Sequence record: DRR723986_8012
Direction: 5' to 3' (one strand)
DNA length: 60,670 bases
Shown: in pieces, positions 1 through 9,300 of the stretch
Layout: the number at the start of each line of letters is the position of its first letter
How positions within the stretch are numbered: the stretch's first letter is position 1
Position numbers and translations under genes: made by a program
The notes under the pieces: model-generated
What the model was told of the DNA's origin: nothing
The model's database searches: none
The model's input: only the letters and a program-made list of their open reading frames with translations

Positions 1-108
1 GTGGTGAAGCGCCTGAAAGAATGGGGTGCTTTGTCGGTTCGAAACATGGAAGGCGTGGAAGAGAACATCGCTTTTCCGATGCCGAAAGGATTGAACCCGA
101 GGGTTTAA
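1..108 (+). CDS. ispH: 3' end of 4-hydroxy-3-methylbut-2-enyl diphosphate reductase (truncated by window edge)
   Basis: Frame 1 reads VVKRLKEWGALSVRNMEGVEENIAFPMPKGLNPRV, stop TAA at 106-108; resembles the IspH/LytB C-terminus (EGxxEnixFxxP). Confidence 0.75.
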   Translation: MVKRLKEWGALSVRNMEGVEENIAFPMPKGLNPRV

Positions 109-122
109 CGGCCTGAATTGCA

Positions 123-1418
123 TCAGCCTGACTGTTTTGGGGTGGCCAATACCTGGTCCACCCTGTTCCGGTCTACGTCCACCACTTCAAATCGCCAGTT
201 GTTCCAGTCAAATTTCTCGGTTTTTTTCGGGATACGGCCCAGCGAGGCCAACACGAACCCACCGACGGTGTGGAAGTTGCCCAAGTTTTCCTGGGGCAAG
301 TCGCGAATGCCCAGTTTGATTTTCATTTCGTCGATGGGTAAAAGTCCATCGAGCAACCATGAACCATCTTCGCGTTTTACAGCCAGTGCTTCTTCGGGGG
401 TGTCCATCATGGGCATCATGTCACCCACCACGCTGGACAGCACATCATCGATGGTCACAATACCCTCGGTCATGCCGAATTCACTGACTACGAACGCAAA
501 GGTTTTTTTCTGCTGGCGAAAAGTGCGCAGCAGATCGACCAGCGTGAGCGAGGCGGGTACGAACAGTGCATTTTGCAGGGGTATTTCAGCGAAGTCGATG
601 TCACCTTCCATGGCCGCTTGTAGAATGTCATGACTTTCGGCTACGCCAATCACTTGCTGCAAGCTGCCTTTGCAAATTGGCAGCATGGAGTGTGGGGCCT
701 CGCGCAACAAGCGCAGGTTGTCTTCACGCGGTGCATGCAGATCCAGATAGGCAATGTCGCTCACCGGTGTCATGACTGAGGCGAGGCGACGATCTTCAAG
801 GCGCAGAACATTGCTCATCAGGTGACGTTCTTCGGGGGCCAGCATGCCAGTTTTGGCGCCTTCATCAAGGAAGGCCTGGATTTCTTCGATGGTGCTAACC
901 GCAGGCGCGGCTTTGAACGGGATGAAGCTGAGCACCAGGTCGGAGCCTTTGGACAACAGGGCAATTGCGGGGCTGAGCACTTTCAGGAAGATCGACATGA
1001 AAGGTGCACAAAAGGCAGCAACCTTTTCCGGGTTGGCGATGGCCAGGCGTTTGGGCACGATTTCCCCAAAAACAATTGAAAAGCCTGTGACCAAGGCAAT
1101 GGTGACTGTGAATGAAATGACACTGGCCCAGTTGCTGAGCGACGGAAGATACTGGTCGATGAACTGCTGAAAAGTGGCAGTCAACGCGGATTCGCCATAA
1201 ATACCCATGAGCAAAGCGGCCGCGGTGATGCCGGTTTGAGTGGCGGCGAGCAGGCGGCTGGGGTTGTCCATGATCTGCAGTGCAATGGTTGCTTTTGGGT
1301 TTCCCGCATCGGCCATGGCTTGCAGCTTGGATCGCCGGCTGGAGGCCAGTGCCATTTCCGAGAGGGCAAAAAAGCCGGAAACCAAAATCAAAAGGACCAA
1401 GATCCAGAAGGCATTCAT
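123..1418 (-). CDS. HlyC/CorC (CNNM) family membrane protein with CBS pair and CorC domain
   Basis: SGFFALSEMAL..SRR, FGEIVPKRLA, EFGMTEGIVTIDD, FHTVGGFV motifs. Start moved to MNAFW (ATG 1418). Confidence 0.9.
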   Translation of the reverse strand: MNAFWILVLLILVSGFFALSEMALASSRRSKLQAMADAGNPKATIALQIMDNPSRLLAATQTGITAAALLMGIYGESALTATFQQFIDQYLPSLSNWASVISFTVTIALVTGFSIVFGEIVPKRLAIANPEKVAAFCAPFMSIFLKVLSPAIALLSKGSDLVLSFIPFKAAPAVSTIEEIQAFLDEGAKTGMLAPEERHLMSNVLRLEDRRLASVMTPVSDIAYLDLHAPREDNLRLLREAPHSMLPICKGSLQQVIGVAESHDILQAAMEGDIDFAEIPLQNALFVPASLTLVDLLRTFRQQKKTFAFVVSEFGMTEGIVTIDDVLSSVVGDMMPMMDTPEEALAVKREDGSWLLDGLLPIDEMKIKLGIRDLPQENLGNFHTVGGFVLASLGRIPKKTEKFDWNNWRFEVVDVDRNRVDQVLATPKQSG

Positions 1419-1583
1419 GATGTGTGTTCTTGTAGTGGGGGTTGCTGCTGCGCAGCGCTGTATGTGGCTCAGTGTACCAAAGCCCATGCTGATTTGGCTT
1501 TTTGCTTGATTGGGTAAATTCCGGTGCTCGGTTACAATAGCGGGCTAAGTTGTTTTGTCTGATGATTTTTTGAAAGAATTGCC

Positions 1584-2579
1584 ATGTCCATGAGCGAAGC
1601 CTCCATTCCCCAATCCGATCAAATCGTGGTTGCAGCGCTGTATAAATTCGTCAGCCTTCCCGATTTTGAAGACATCAAGCCTAGGCTCGAGGCCGTGTGC
1701 ATTGAAAACGGTGTGCTGGGCACTTTGCTGCTGGCCAAGGAGGGCATCAATGGCACTGTGAGCGCCCCCCGTGCCGGCATCGTGGCCTTGATGCGTTTTT
1801 TGTGGAGTGATCCGCGTTTTGCGGATTTGCCACCCAAATATTCGATAGCGCCTGAACAGGCTTTCACTCGCATGAAGGTGAAGCTGAAACGTGAAATTGT
1901 GACCATGGGCAAAGATGGAATTGATCCGAATCGCCTGGTGGGCCGCTATGTGAAACCAGCCGACTGGAATGCCTTGATCCAGGATCCGGATACCCTGGTT
2001 ATCGACACCCGCAACAACTATGAATACGCGATTGGTACTTTCGAGGGCGCAGTAGACCCAGCCACCACCACGTTCCGTGAATTTCCGCAATGGGTTGAAA
2101 AGAATTTGAAAAGCCTGCCTGCGGACAAGCGCCCCAAGAAGATTGCGATGTTTTGTACCGGTGGTATTCGCTGCGAGAAATCCACCGCGTATATGCTGGA
2201 ACAAGGGTTTGAAGAGGTGTATCACCTTGAGGGTGGCATTTTGAAGTACCTCGAAGAAATTCCCGAAGAGCAAAGTTTGTGGAAGGGCGAATGCTTTGTG
2301 TTTGACCAGCGCGTGTCGGTGACCCACGGTTTGCAGGTGGGCCACTACGACCTGTGCCATGCTTGCCGCATGCCAATTACCGAGGAAGAAAAGCAGAGCG
2401 AAAAATACATTCAGGGCGTGGGTTGCCCACATTGCTACGATTCGCTGACCGACGATCAAAAGAAGCGCTTTGGCGAACGCCAAAAACAGATTCAACTGGC
2501 CAAGCAGCGCAATGAGAAGCATATCGGCCGCAAGATGTTGCCCAAAGATCCGCTACCCCAACAAGCGCACGCGGAGTGA
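1584..2579 (+). CDS. trhO: Rhodanese-domain tRNA uridine(34) hydroxylase (YceA/TrhO family)
   Basis: [47 protein letters not shown] motifs. Confidence 0.9.
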   Translation: MSMSEASIPQSDQIVVAALYKFVSLPDFEDIKPRLEAVCIENGVLGTLLLAKEGINGTVSAPRAGIVALMRFLWSDPRFADLPPKYSIAPEQAFTRMKVKLKREIVTMGKDGIDPNRLVGRYVKPADWNALIQDPDTLVIDTRNNYEYAIGTFEGAVDPATTTFREFPQWVEKNLKSLPADKRPKKIAMFCTGGIRCEKSTAYMLEQGFEEVYHLEGGILKYLEEIPEEQSLWKGECFVFDQRVSVTHGLQVGHYDLCHACRMPITEEEKQSEKYIQGVGCPHCYDSLTDDQKKRFGERQKQIQLAKQRNEKHIGRKMLPKDPLPQQAHAE

Positions 2580-3292
2580 GCGGGGTGGAGCAGCAAGCCG
2601 ATCACGGGCACCAGCTTGGTTTACCCGTGTTGTACACCTTTCGCCGTTGCCCCTATGCCATGCGCGCAAGGTTGGCGATCGTCGCAGCGGGATTGAAGGT
2701 TGAGGTTCGTGAATTGGTACTGCGCGCCAAACCCGCTCACATGCTTGAAATTTCACCCAAAGGCACCGTACCCGTGTTGTGGCTCCAAGACGGCACTGTG
2801 ATCGATGAAAGCCTGGATGTGATGCGTTGGGCGGTGGGCCAGAATTTTCCGGCAGACTGGTTGGTGTTGAGTGCTGAACAGCAACAAAAATGCGACGAAT
2901 GGATTGCGCTACTCGATGGCGAATTCAAGCGAAACCTGGACCGTTACAAATACCCACACCGCTATCACGTAAAAACGGCTACTGACACCTACACCTGCGA
3001 TCCTCTTGAGCATCGCATCGCATGTGAAAAAATTCTGACCCTGTGGAATGAAGTGCTGTCGCAACAGGGCCCATGGCTATTTGGCGCAAAACCCAGCTTT
3101 GCCGACTTCGCAATTTTGCCTTTTGTGCGCCAGTTTCGAATTGCCGATGAGGCTTGGTTTGATGCAGTAACTGGCTATGAAGAACTCAAGTTGTGGCTCC
3201 ATTCTTTTTTGACCTCGCCTTTGCTTGAAAAAGCCATGGTGAAGTACACCCCTTGGCAACCCGGTGACACGCCTTTAACCTTTCCGGGTTAG
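2576..3292 (+). CDS. Glutathione S-transferase family protein
   Basis: [47 protein letters not shown] overlap with trhO stop. Confidence 0.9.
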   Translation: MSGVEQQADHGHQLGLPVLYTFRRCPYAMRARLAIVAAGLKVEVRELVLRAKPAHMLEISPKGTVPVLWLQDGTVIDESLDVMRWAVGQNFPADWLVLSAEQQQKCDEWIALLDGEFKRNLDRYKYPHRYHVKTATDTYTCDPLEHRIACEKILTLWNEVLSQQGPWLFGAKPSFADFAILPFVRQFRIADEAWFDAVTGYEELKLWLHSFLTSPLLEKAMVKYTPWQPGDTPLTFPG

Positions 3293-3338
3293 AGACGACC
3301 CTCTACGATTTTCTGGTCAAGTTTCTATACACTCGCAA

Positions 3339-3354
3339 GTTACGCAACAGTAAC
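3339..3354. promoter_or_regulatory. Inverted repeat GTTAC-N6-GTAAC, candidate TetR operator for the acyl-CoA operon
   Basis: Dyad about 65 bp upstream of the 3420 ATG, just 3' of a -10-like TACACT. An 8/10 copy lies at 8085-8100, next to the tetR start. Confidence 0.45.
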
Positions 3355-3419
3355 ATTGTCTTGCTGGGCTATGCTAGGCCCTTAAAAAAGACATTCCCCC
3401 TATAAGAAGGACGAGACTC

Positions 3420-4847
3420 ATGGCCGACAAAATTCTTGAATTTGTTCACACCTCGACAGGTAAACAAATTGCCGCTGCACTGGGCCTGCCCGTGCCCCCC
3501 ATGTTGAAGCGCGCCAAAGCCGGATACGCCGAAAAATCATTGAGCAATTCAAACGCGTTGGTGGGTGCCAGTGCATTTGGCCCAGTGGCTTCGGCCGTGG
3601 TGAAGGCGTTGGATTCCATGGGTGCATCGATCAAGGTGTCCGCCGATTTGGCGGGCCTGGATGGTATCAAGCAAGCTGCGGCCAAAGCCAAAGTAGACGT
3701 GAGCATTTCTCAAGCTGACAACGGCGTTCCTGAAACCGTGTATGTGCTGGATGTTACCTCGGCAGCCAACGTGGCTGACCTGCGTTTGTTGTACGACTTT
3801 TTCAACCCACGCCTGCGCAAAGTGCCATCGAACAGCCGTATTGTGGTGATTGGACGTCCACGTGGTGATTGCAAAGATGCCCTGGCTGAAACAGCACAGT
3901 CCTCATTGCCCGGTTTTATTCGCAGCCTTGCGAAAGAAAGCGGCAAGAACGGTACAACCGCCAATTTGATTCAGGTAAAAACCGGCGCTGAAAATGGCAT
4001 TGAAGGCGCACTGCGCTTTTTCTTGAGCCCACATTCAGCATTCGTGACCGGCCAAGTGCTGCCGGTAGTTGGTGCTCCGAAAGGTGTGAAAGTTGCAGCG
4101 TTTTCCGAGAAGCCACTGACTGGCAAGCTGGCCGTTGTGACCGGCGCGGCACGCGGTATTGGTGCAGCCATTGCTGAAGTGCTGGCCCGCGAAGGCGCAA
4201 CCGTGATCGGTGTGGATCGACCCGCAGACGAAAGCGTGTTGGGTACAACCATGAGCAGCATCGGCGGCGTGGCCTGCCCGCTGGACATTACCGATGCCGA
4301 CGCCGGTAAGAAGCTGGCTGCTGTGGCTGCACAGAAGGGTGGCAAGATTGACATTATTGTGCACAACGCAGGTATCACACGCGACAAGATGATGCGCAAC
4401 ATGGCAGCCCACCTGTGGGACATGGTGCTGGATGTGAACCTGGGTGCGATTGTTCGTTGTAACGACCAGTTGTTGGCAGGAGATGCATTTGGTGTCAACG
4501 CCCGTATCGTGTGTATTTCATCGATCGGTGGTATTGCCGGTAACGCAGGCCAAACCAACTATGCAGCCACCAAGAGTGCCGTGATTGGTTATGTGGATGC
4601 CATGGCCAAGCAACTGGAAGGCAAGGGCATTTCCATTAACGCGATTGCGCCGGGCTTTATTGAAACTCAAATGACTGCAGCCATTCCTGTGGTAACCCGC
4701 GAAGTGGCTCGTCGTTTGTCCAGCCTGTCGCAAGGTGGATTGCCAGTGGACATTGCTGAGGCAGTCACTTTCATGGCCAGCCCGCTGGCCGCTGGTGTAA
4801 ACGGCGCCACTCTGCGTGTGTGCGGACAAAACCTGGTGGGCGCGTAA
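3420..4847 (+). CDS. High-molecular-weight 3-oxoacyl-(ACP/CoA) reductase, FabG4-like
   Basis: Degenerate N-terminal domain plus C-terminal SDR: TGAARGIG, HNAGITRD, GQTNYAATK. Confidence 0.88.
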   Translation: MADKILEFVHTSTGKQIAAALGLPVPPMLKRAKAGYAEKSLSNSNALVGASAFGPVASAVVKALDSMGASIKVSADLAGLDGIKQAAAKAKVDVSISQADNGVPETVYVLDVTSAANVADLRLLYDFFNPRLRKVPSNSRIVVIGRPRGDCKDALAETAQSSLPGFIRSLAKESGKNGTTANLIQVKTGAENGIEGALRFFLSPHSAFVTGQVLPVVGAPKGVKVAAFSEKPLTGKLAVVTGAARGIGAAIAEVLAREGATVIGVDRPADESVLGTTMSSIGGVACPLDITDADAGKKLAAVAAQKGGKIDIIVHNAGITRDKMMRNMAAHLWDMVLDVNLGAIVRCNDQLLAGDAFGVNARIVCISSIGGIAGNAGQTNYAATKSAVIGYVDAMAKQLEGKGISINAIAPGFIETQMTAAIPVVTREVARRLSSLSQGGLPVDIAEAVTFMASPLAAGVNGATLRVCGQNLVGA

Positions 4848-4903
4848 TTCTTTCATTCACTGAATACGCTGCCTGCAATTAAAAAATTATCTGGAGAAAA
4901 ACT

Positions 4904-6184
4904 ATGAAACACGGTCGTCGCGTTGCCATTATTGGCGGTTCACGCATTCCATTTGCACGTTCAAACACAGCCTACATTGGCAAATCCAACCAGGATATGC
5001 TGACAGCAGCATTCCGCGGTGTCGTTGACAAGTTCCAGTTGCATGGTGAAGAACTGGGCGATGTGGTGGCTGGTGCAGTGGTGAAGCACAGCCGCGATTT
5101 TTCCCTGTGCCGTGAATCAGTATTGGGCTCGGGCTTGAGCCCGGCAACGCCTGCATTTGATATTCAGCAGGCTTGTGGCACTGGTCTGGAAGCAGCCATC
5201 GTAGTGGCCAACAAAATTGCTCTGGGACAAATTGAAGTGGGCATGGCCGGTGGAGTAGACACCACCACCGACGCACCAATCGCTGTAAGCGAAGGGTTGC
5301 GCAAAATTTTGCTGGAAGCCAACCGCGCTCGCGACACCAAGGGCAAATTGGCTGCTTTGTTGAAAATTCGCCCCAAGCACCTGGCACCGCTGCCACCTGC
5401 CAATGCAGAGCCACGTACCAAGATGAGCATGGGTGCACACTGTGAAGTGATGGCACAAACCTGGGGTATTACTCGCGAAGAGCAAGATGAACTGGCCGTG
5501 AGCAGCCATTTGAAAGCTGCCAAAGCTTACGAGGAAGGCTTCTTCGATGACCTGGTGGTTCCATTCAACGGTTTGACCCGCGACAACAATCTGCGTGCTG
5601 ACTCTTCAGTCGAAAAGCTTCAGGGCCTGAAGCCTGCGTTTGACCGCAAGAGCGGCAAGGGCACGATGACTGCCGGTAACTCTACACCGCTGACCGACGG
5701 CGCGTCTGCTGTGTTGTTGGCCTCTGAAGACTGGGCCAAGGCACGTGGCATTCAGCCATTGGCTTACCTCACTTTCAGTGAAACAATTGGTGTTGATTTC
5801 GTGTCGGGCAAAGAGGGCCTGCTGATGGCGCCTGCTTACGCTGTGCCGCGCATGCTGAAGAAGGCCAATATGAAGCTGCAAGACTTCGACTTCTATGAAA
5901 TTCACGAAGCGTTCGCTGCGCAGGTGCTGTGTACATTGAAGAGCTGGGAAGACCCCAAGTTCTGTAAGGAAAAACTGGGCTTGGATGCTGCCTTGGGTTC
6001 AATTGACCGTAGCAAGCTGAACGTGAAAGGTGGTTCGCTGGCTGTTGGACACCCATTTGCTGCCACGGGTGGTCGCATTGTGGGCACATTGGCCAAGCTG
6101 TTGAATGAAAAAGGCAGCGGCAAGGGCTTGATCTCCATTTGTGCGGCCGGTGGTATCGGTGTAACTGCAATTCTTGAGAAGTGA
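4904..6184 (+). CDS. Acetyl-CoA C-acyltransferase (thiolase), FadA2/FadI-like
   Basis: QQACGTG, EIHEAFA, GHPFAATG, SICAAGG thiolase motifs. Confidence 0.93.
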   Translation: MKHGRRVAIIGGSRIPFARSNTAYIGKSNQDMLTAAFRGVVDKFQLHGEELGDVVAGAVVKHSRDFSLCRESVLGSGLSPATPAFDIQQACGTGLEAAIVVANKIALGQIEVGMAGGVDTTTDAPIAVSEGLRKILLEANRARDTKGKLAALLKIRPKHLAPLPPANAEPRTKMSMGAHCEVMAQTWGITREEQDELAVSSHLKAAKAYEEGFFDDLVVPFNGLTRDNNLRADSSVEKLQGLKPAFDRKSGKGTMTAGNSTPLTDGASAVLLASEDWAKARGIQPLAYLTFSETIGVDFVSGKEGLLMAPAYAVPRMLKKANMKLQDFDFYEIHEAFAAQVLCTLKSWEDPKFCKEKLGLDAALGSIDRSKLNVKGGSLAVGHPFAATGGRIVGTLAKLLNEKGSGKGLISICAAGGIGVTAILEK

Positions 6185-6188
6185 AATC

Positions 6189-7079
6189 ATGAGCGTGAAT
6201 GACACCCTGAAAGCAGCGGCGAAATTTTTCGAGCTGTCTGAATTTCCAAATGGCAAGGCGCTGCTGCTGAAGGCTGCCACCACGTCCAATAAAAAACCAA
6301 AACCCGACACTCAGGCTGCACGCCTGGGTGCCCGGGTAAAAAAAGTGTTCATCGACCGTGAGTGGGTACGCCAGTACAACGCTGTGTGCGGTTTCAAGGA
6401 AGATGAAATTTCCTTAACTGCGCCACAGGTGGTGGCCTCGCCCCTGCACATGTATTTGCTGAGTCGCCCTGAGCACCCCATGCCCATGTTGGGCATGGTT
6501 CATTTGCACAACTCGATTGAGTGCGCCAAGCCTTTGGAGTATGGCGTGCCCTACGATGTGGTGGTGACTGTGGGCGACACCCGCAGCATTTCGCTCGGTC
6601 TGGAATTTGATGTGCACACGCAGTTTTTGGTGGGTGAGGAAGTGCACTGGAGCAGTGTGATGACCATTTTGTGCCGCGTAAAGGGCATGCCCAAGCCCTT
6701 GACCAAGCCTGCGCCAGTTGAGCCTTTGAGTGCAGTGGGTGCGCAATACGCCGCCGTGAAAGTGCCTGAAAACCAGGGCCGCAAGTACGCCAAGGTGTCC
6801 AATGACTACAACCCGATTCACCTGTATGCGCAAACCGCGAAAATGTTTGGTTTCAAGCAGGCCATCGTGCACGGTATGTGGACCGCAGCAAAAACATTGA
6901 GCATTGTTGAAGCCAGTTTGGGTTCTCGAGCCAGCAAGTTTGATTTGTCGTTCAAGCAGCCGGTGTTTTTGCCTTCTGGTATTTCGGTGAAGCATGTGAC
7001 AGCCGATGGCGCTTCGAAGTTTGAAGTGCTGGCCGAGCGTGATTCGAAAGTGTTGATGGTGGGAAGTATTGCGGCTTGA
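6189..7079 (+). CDS. MaoC-like double hot-dog (R)-hydratase/dehydratase, HtdX-like
   Basis: YAKVSNDYNPIHL and AIVHGMW hydratase-2 motif; GMVHLHNSI. Start set at MSVNDT. Confidence 0.88.
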   Translation: MSVNDTLKAAAKFFELSEFPNGKALLLKAATTSNKKPKPDTQAARLGARVKKVFIDREWVRQYNAVCGFKEDEISLTAPQVVASPLHMYLLSRPEHPMPMLGMVHLHNSIECAKPLEYGVPYDVVVTVGDTRSISLGLEFDVHTQFLVGEEVHWSSVMTILCRVKGMPKPLTKPAPVEPLSAVGAQYAAVKVPENQGRKYAKVSNDYNPIHLYAQTAKMFGFKQAIVHGMWTAAKTLSIVEASLGSRASKFDLSFKQPVFLPSGISVKHVTADGASKFEVLAERDSKVLMVGSIAA

Positions 7080-7132
7080 TTTTTTGATTGAATGAGTGGC
7101 TTGGTTAGGTTTGCAGCGCGTCACTCATTGCG

Positions 7133-7418
7133 CCGGGGTTGTTTGCCAAGTCGCACGTCACCATCTGTTTGTGAGTATTTGCAAAGTTCGCTTTGCCCTA
7201 TCTCCGCCTTCAAGAAAGCCTGCCCGTTTGTTGAATTCGCCGTCTGTTCGGCTGAAAGCCGAAAGCGAGTCCCGCCCGCTGTGTTAGCGGGCTCGCTTAG
7301 GACTGTTGAGTTCAACAAAAAGGGGGGTGTCAGGCTTTCTGGCGGAGGAGGGCATGCGACTTTGCAAATGCCAGATAAAGAAACCAGGGTATGTGACTTT
7401 GCAAATGCCAACACACCG
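7133..7418 (+). other. Long rod-like imperfect inverted-repeat element with branched apex (candidate structured RNA or palindromic repeat element)
   Basis: Nested stems 7141-55/7392-7406, 7175-91/7356-71, 7194-7208/7341-54, 7213-22/7331-40, 7227-38/7308-19; apex hairpins 7247-63 and 7264-97. Confidence 0.8.
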
Positions 7419-7421
7419 CTG

Positions 7422-8084
7422 CTATCTCTCCGACAGTCCGGGCATCAAACTGGTTTCAATCATTTTCTGCATGTCTCGAATCGGAATTTCCGGATGTTGA
7501 ATCCACCACCGGGCACCCGCTTCAACAGCCCCCACCATGATGTTGGCCAAAGCCACTGCCTGAATGCCAGCCTTATCGCCATTCTTGGCTTTTGAAGGGT
7601 CGTTGAGTTCTTCGATGGTTTTGGCCGAGGCTTCGATAAAGCTGTTTCTGAAAAAAGCCACCTTCTCGCCAACCGGTCCCACGCTGGTCAGCGCTTCGTT
7701 GTACAACACAGACCAACCATCCCGGTGACGTTCTACAAACGTCAGAAAGCTGAGTATGATCAGTTTCAGGCGCTCTTTGGGGTTTGGGTTGGCCATTAGC
7801 AAGGAGAGGCCTGACATCAGGTGATTGCCCACTTGGGTAATGGTGGCCAGGTACAGCGCATCTTTGGAACCAAAGTAGCGGTAAAGCAGGGGTTTGGTGA
7901 CGCCGGCACCTTCTGCGATTTGCTCCATACTCGTGGAGTGAAAGCCGTGACGCGAGAACACGGAACCTGCCACATCCAGAATTTGGCTCATTCGTTGTTC
8001 TTTGGGTACTTTTCGTGTGCCCAGGCGTTTTGTCTCGAGAGTAGGCGCCGCGTTTTTATTGTTGTCGTTCGCTTTTTTCACCAA
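7422..8084 (-). CDS. TetR/AcrR family transcriptional regulator
   Basis: HTH ILDVAGSVFSRHGFHSTSMEQIAEGAGVTKPLLYRYFGSK. Confidence 0.93.
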   Translation of the reverse strand: MVKKANDNNKNAAPTLETKRLGTRKVPKEQRMSQILDVAGSVFSRHGFHSTSMEQIAEGAGVTKPLLYRYFGSKDALYLATITQVGNHLMSGLSLLMANPNPKERLKLIILSFLTFVERHRDGWSVLYNEALTSVGPVGEKVAFFRNSFIEASAKTIEELNDPSKAKNGDKAGIQAVALANIMVGAVEAGARWWIQHPEIPIRDMQKMIETSLMPGLSER

Positions 8085-8144
8085 TTTACTTGCCGGTTAC
8101 ATGGATGTTTTGAAGTGTAGCAAGCTTCTTTCAGTTTTGTGAAC

Positions 8145-8178
8145 AAAAAAAGCCCCACAAAAAATGTGAGGCTTTTTT
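8145..8178 (-). terminator. Rho-independent terminator of the Fe3+-binding protein gene
   Basis: Minus strand GCCTCACA-loop-TGTGGGGC followed by T7. Confidence 0.75.
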
Positions 8179-8211
8179 ACGGATGGACTGTCGGTAAGTT
8201 ACCGGATTTGT

Positions 8212-9246
8212 TTACTTGTAGCCCACACGGTCCATGATTTGCTGTGACAAGGCTGTATTGGCAGCCAGTGTTTTGGCGGGGGTTACGTCTTGCTTGAAGG
8301 GTCCCAGTGACTCCAGTGCGGGGTTGTCCACTTTCACGCCAGGTACTGTGGGCCACTCATTGTTGCCATTTGCAAAGTATTTTTGGGCAGAATCGCTGGC
8401 CAGGTATTCCAGAAATTTGATAGCACCCTCGCGATTGGGGGCATTTTTGGCCACAGCGCCACCAGACACGTTCATGTGTACGCCATAGCTGTTCTGGTTT
8501 GGCCAAATGAAGCCAACCTTGGAGACGACTTCTTTGTCTTCAGGTTTGGAGGAATTCATCAGGCGAACCCAGTAGTAGCTGTTGGTCAAAGCCACACCGC
8601 ACTCACCAGTCGCGACCGCGCGGATTTGGTCAGTGTCACCGCCTTTGGGGCTTCGCGCCATGTTGGCCACCACGCCTTGTGCCCAGGTTTCAGCACCTTT
8701 CTCGCCCAAATGGCTGATCATGCTGCTCATCAGAGAAAGCATGTAAGGATGTGAACCGGTGCGTGTGCAAACTTTGCCCTTCAACGCGGGTTTGGCCAGG
8801 TCTTCATAGTTCTGGGCCAGTTTGGGATCGATGTTGGCCTTGTTGTAAACAATGACGCGGCTGCGCGCTGAGAACGCGTACCACAAACCGTTTTCACCCG
8901 TAAATTGTGCAGGAATCTTGTCGCTCAATACTTTGGATTTCACGGGCTGAAACAAGCCATCCTGCTGGGCTGTGGCAAGGCGGGCGGCATCTACCAGCAA
9001 TACCACGTCGGCCGGGCTGCGGGCACCTTCGCTGCGCATGCGTTCAAGCAGTGCTTCGTCACCCAACTCCAGGCGCTTGATGGCAATGCCTGTTTGCTTG
9101 GTGAAGTCCTCATACATTTTTTCATCGGTTGAGTAATGGCGGGCCGAGTACAGGTTGATGACCTTCTCGTTTGCTTGCGCGGCAGCACTCACGCCGATCA
9201 AACCAGCGATAGAGACTGAAATCAGCTTTTTGAAAGTGTTATTCAT
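8212..9246 (-). CDS. Fe(3+) ABC transporter substrate-binding protein (FbpA/FutA type)
   Basis: Signal peptide; NLYSARHY, SPADV, GGDTDQIRAV, NSYYW (Tyr-Tyr iron ligands), NNEWP. Confidence 0.9.
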   Translation of the reverse strand: MNNTFKKLISVSIAGLIGVSAAAQANEKVINLYSARHYSTDEKMYEDFTKQTGIAIKRLELGDEALLERMRSEGARSPADVVLLVDAARLATAQQDGLFQPVKSKVLSDKIPAQFTGENGLWYAFSARSRVIVYNKANIDPKLAQNYEDLAKPALKGKVCTRTGSHPYMLSLMSSMISHLGEKGAETWAQGVVANMARSPKGGDTDQIRAVATGECGVALTNSYYWVRLMNSSKPEDKEVVSKVGFIWPNQNSYGVHMNVSGGAVAKNAPNREGAIKFLEYLASDSAQKYFANGNNEWPTVPGVKVDNPALESLGPFKQDVTPAKTLAANTALSQQIMDRVGYK

Positions 9247-9300
9247 GGTGATAAGGACTTTCCTGAATGTGGTTGGTTGAAATTTGATAGCGCTAGTCTA

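Noticed and set aside
1545-2522. Long antisense ORFs (also 14563-15330, 27542-28705, 55117-56268 and others)
   Set aside because: Shadow frames of well-conserved genes on the opposite strand; no motifs.
7250-7268. CTGAAAG..GAAA as a hammerhead ribozyme core
   Set aside because: The core needs CUGANGA-stem II-GAAA; here it is CUGAAAG with no stem II, and the bases sit inside a hairpin.
7133-7418. Rod element as 6S RNA, SRP RNA or retron msr-msd
   Set aside because: Too long for 6S and not in zapA/ygfA context; no SRP domain IV motif seen; no RT gene in the window. An Rfam scan is still needed.
7092-7595. ORFs across the rod element (167, 97, 63 and 64 aa)
   Set aside because: No recognisable motif or RBS; some overlap tetR; the sequence is better explained by structure.
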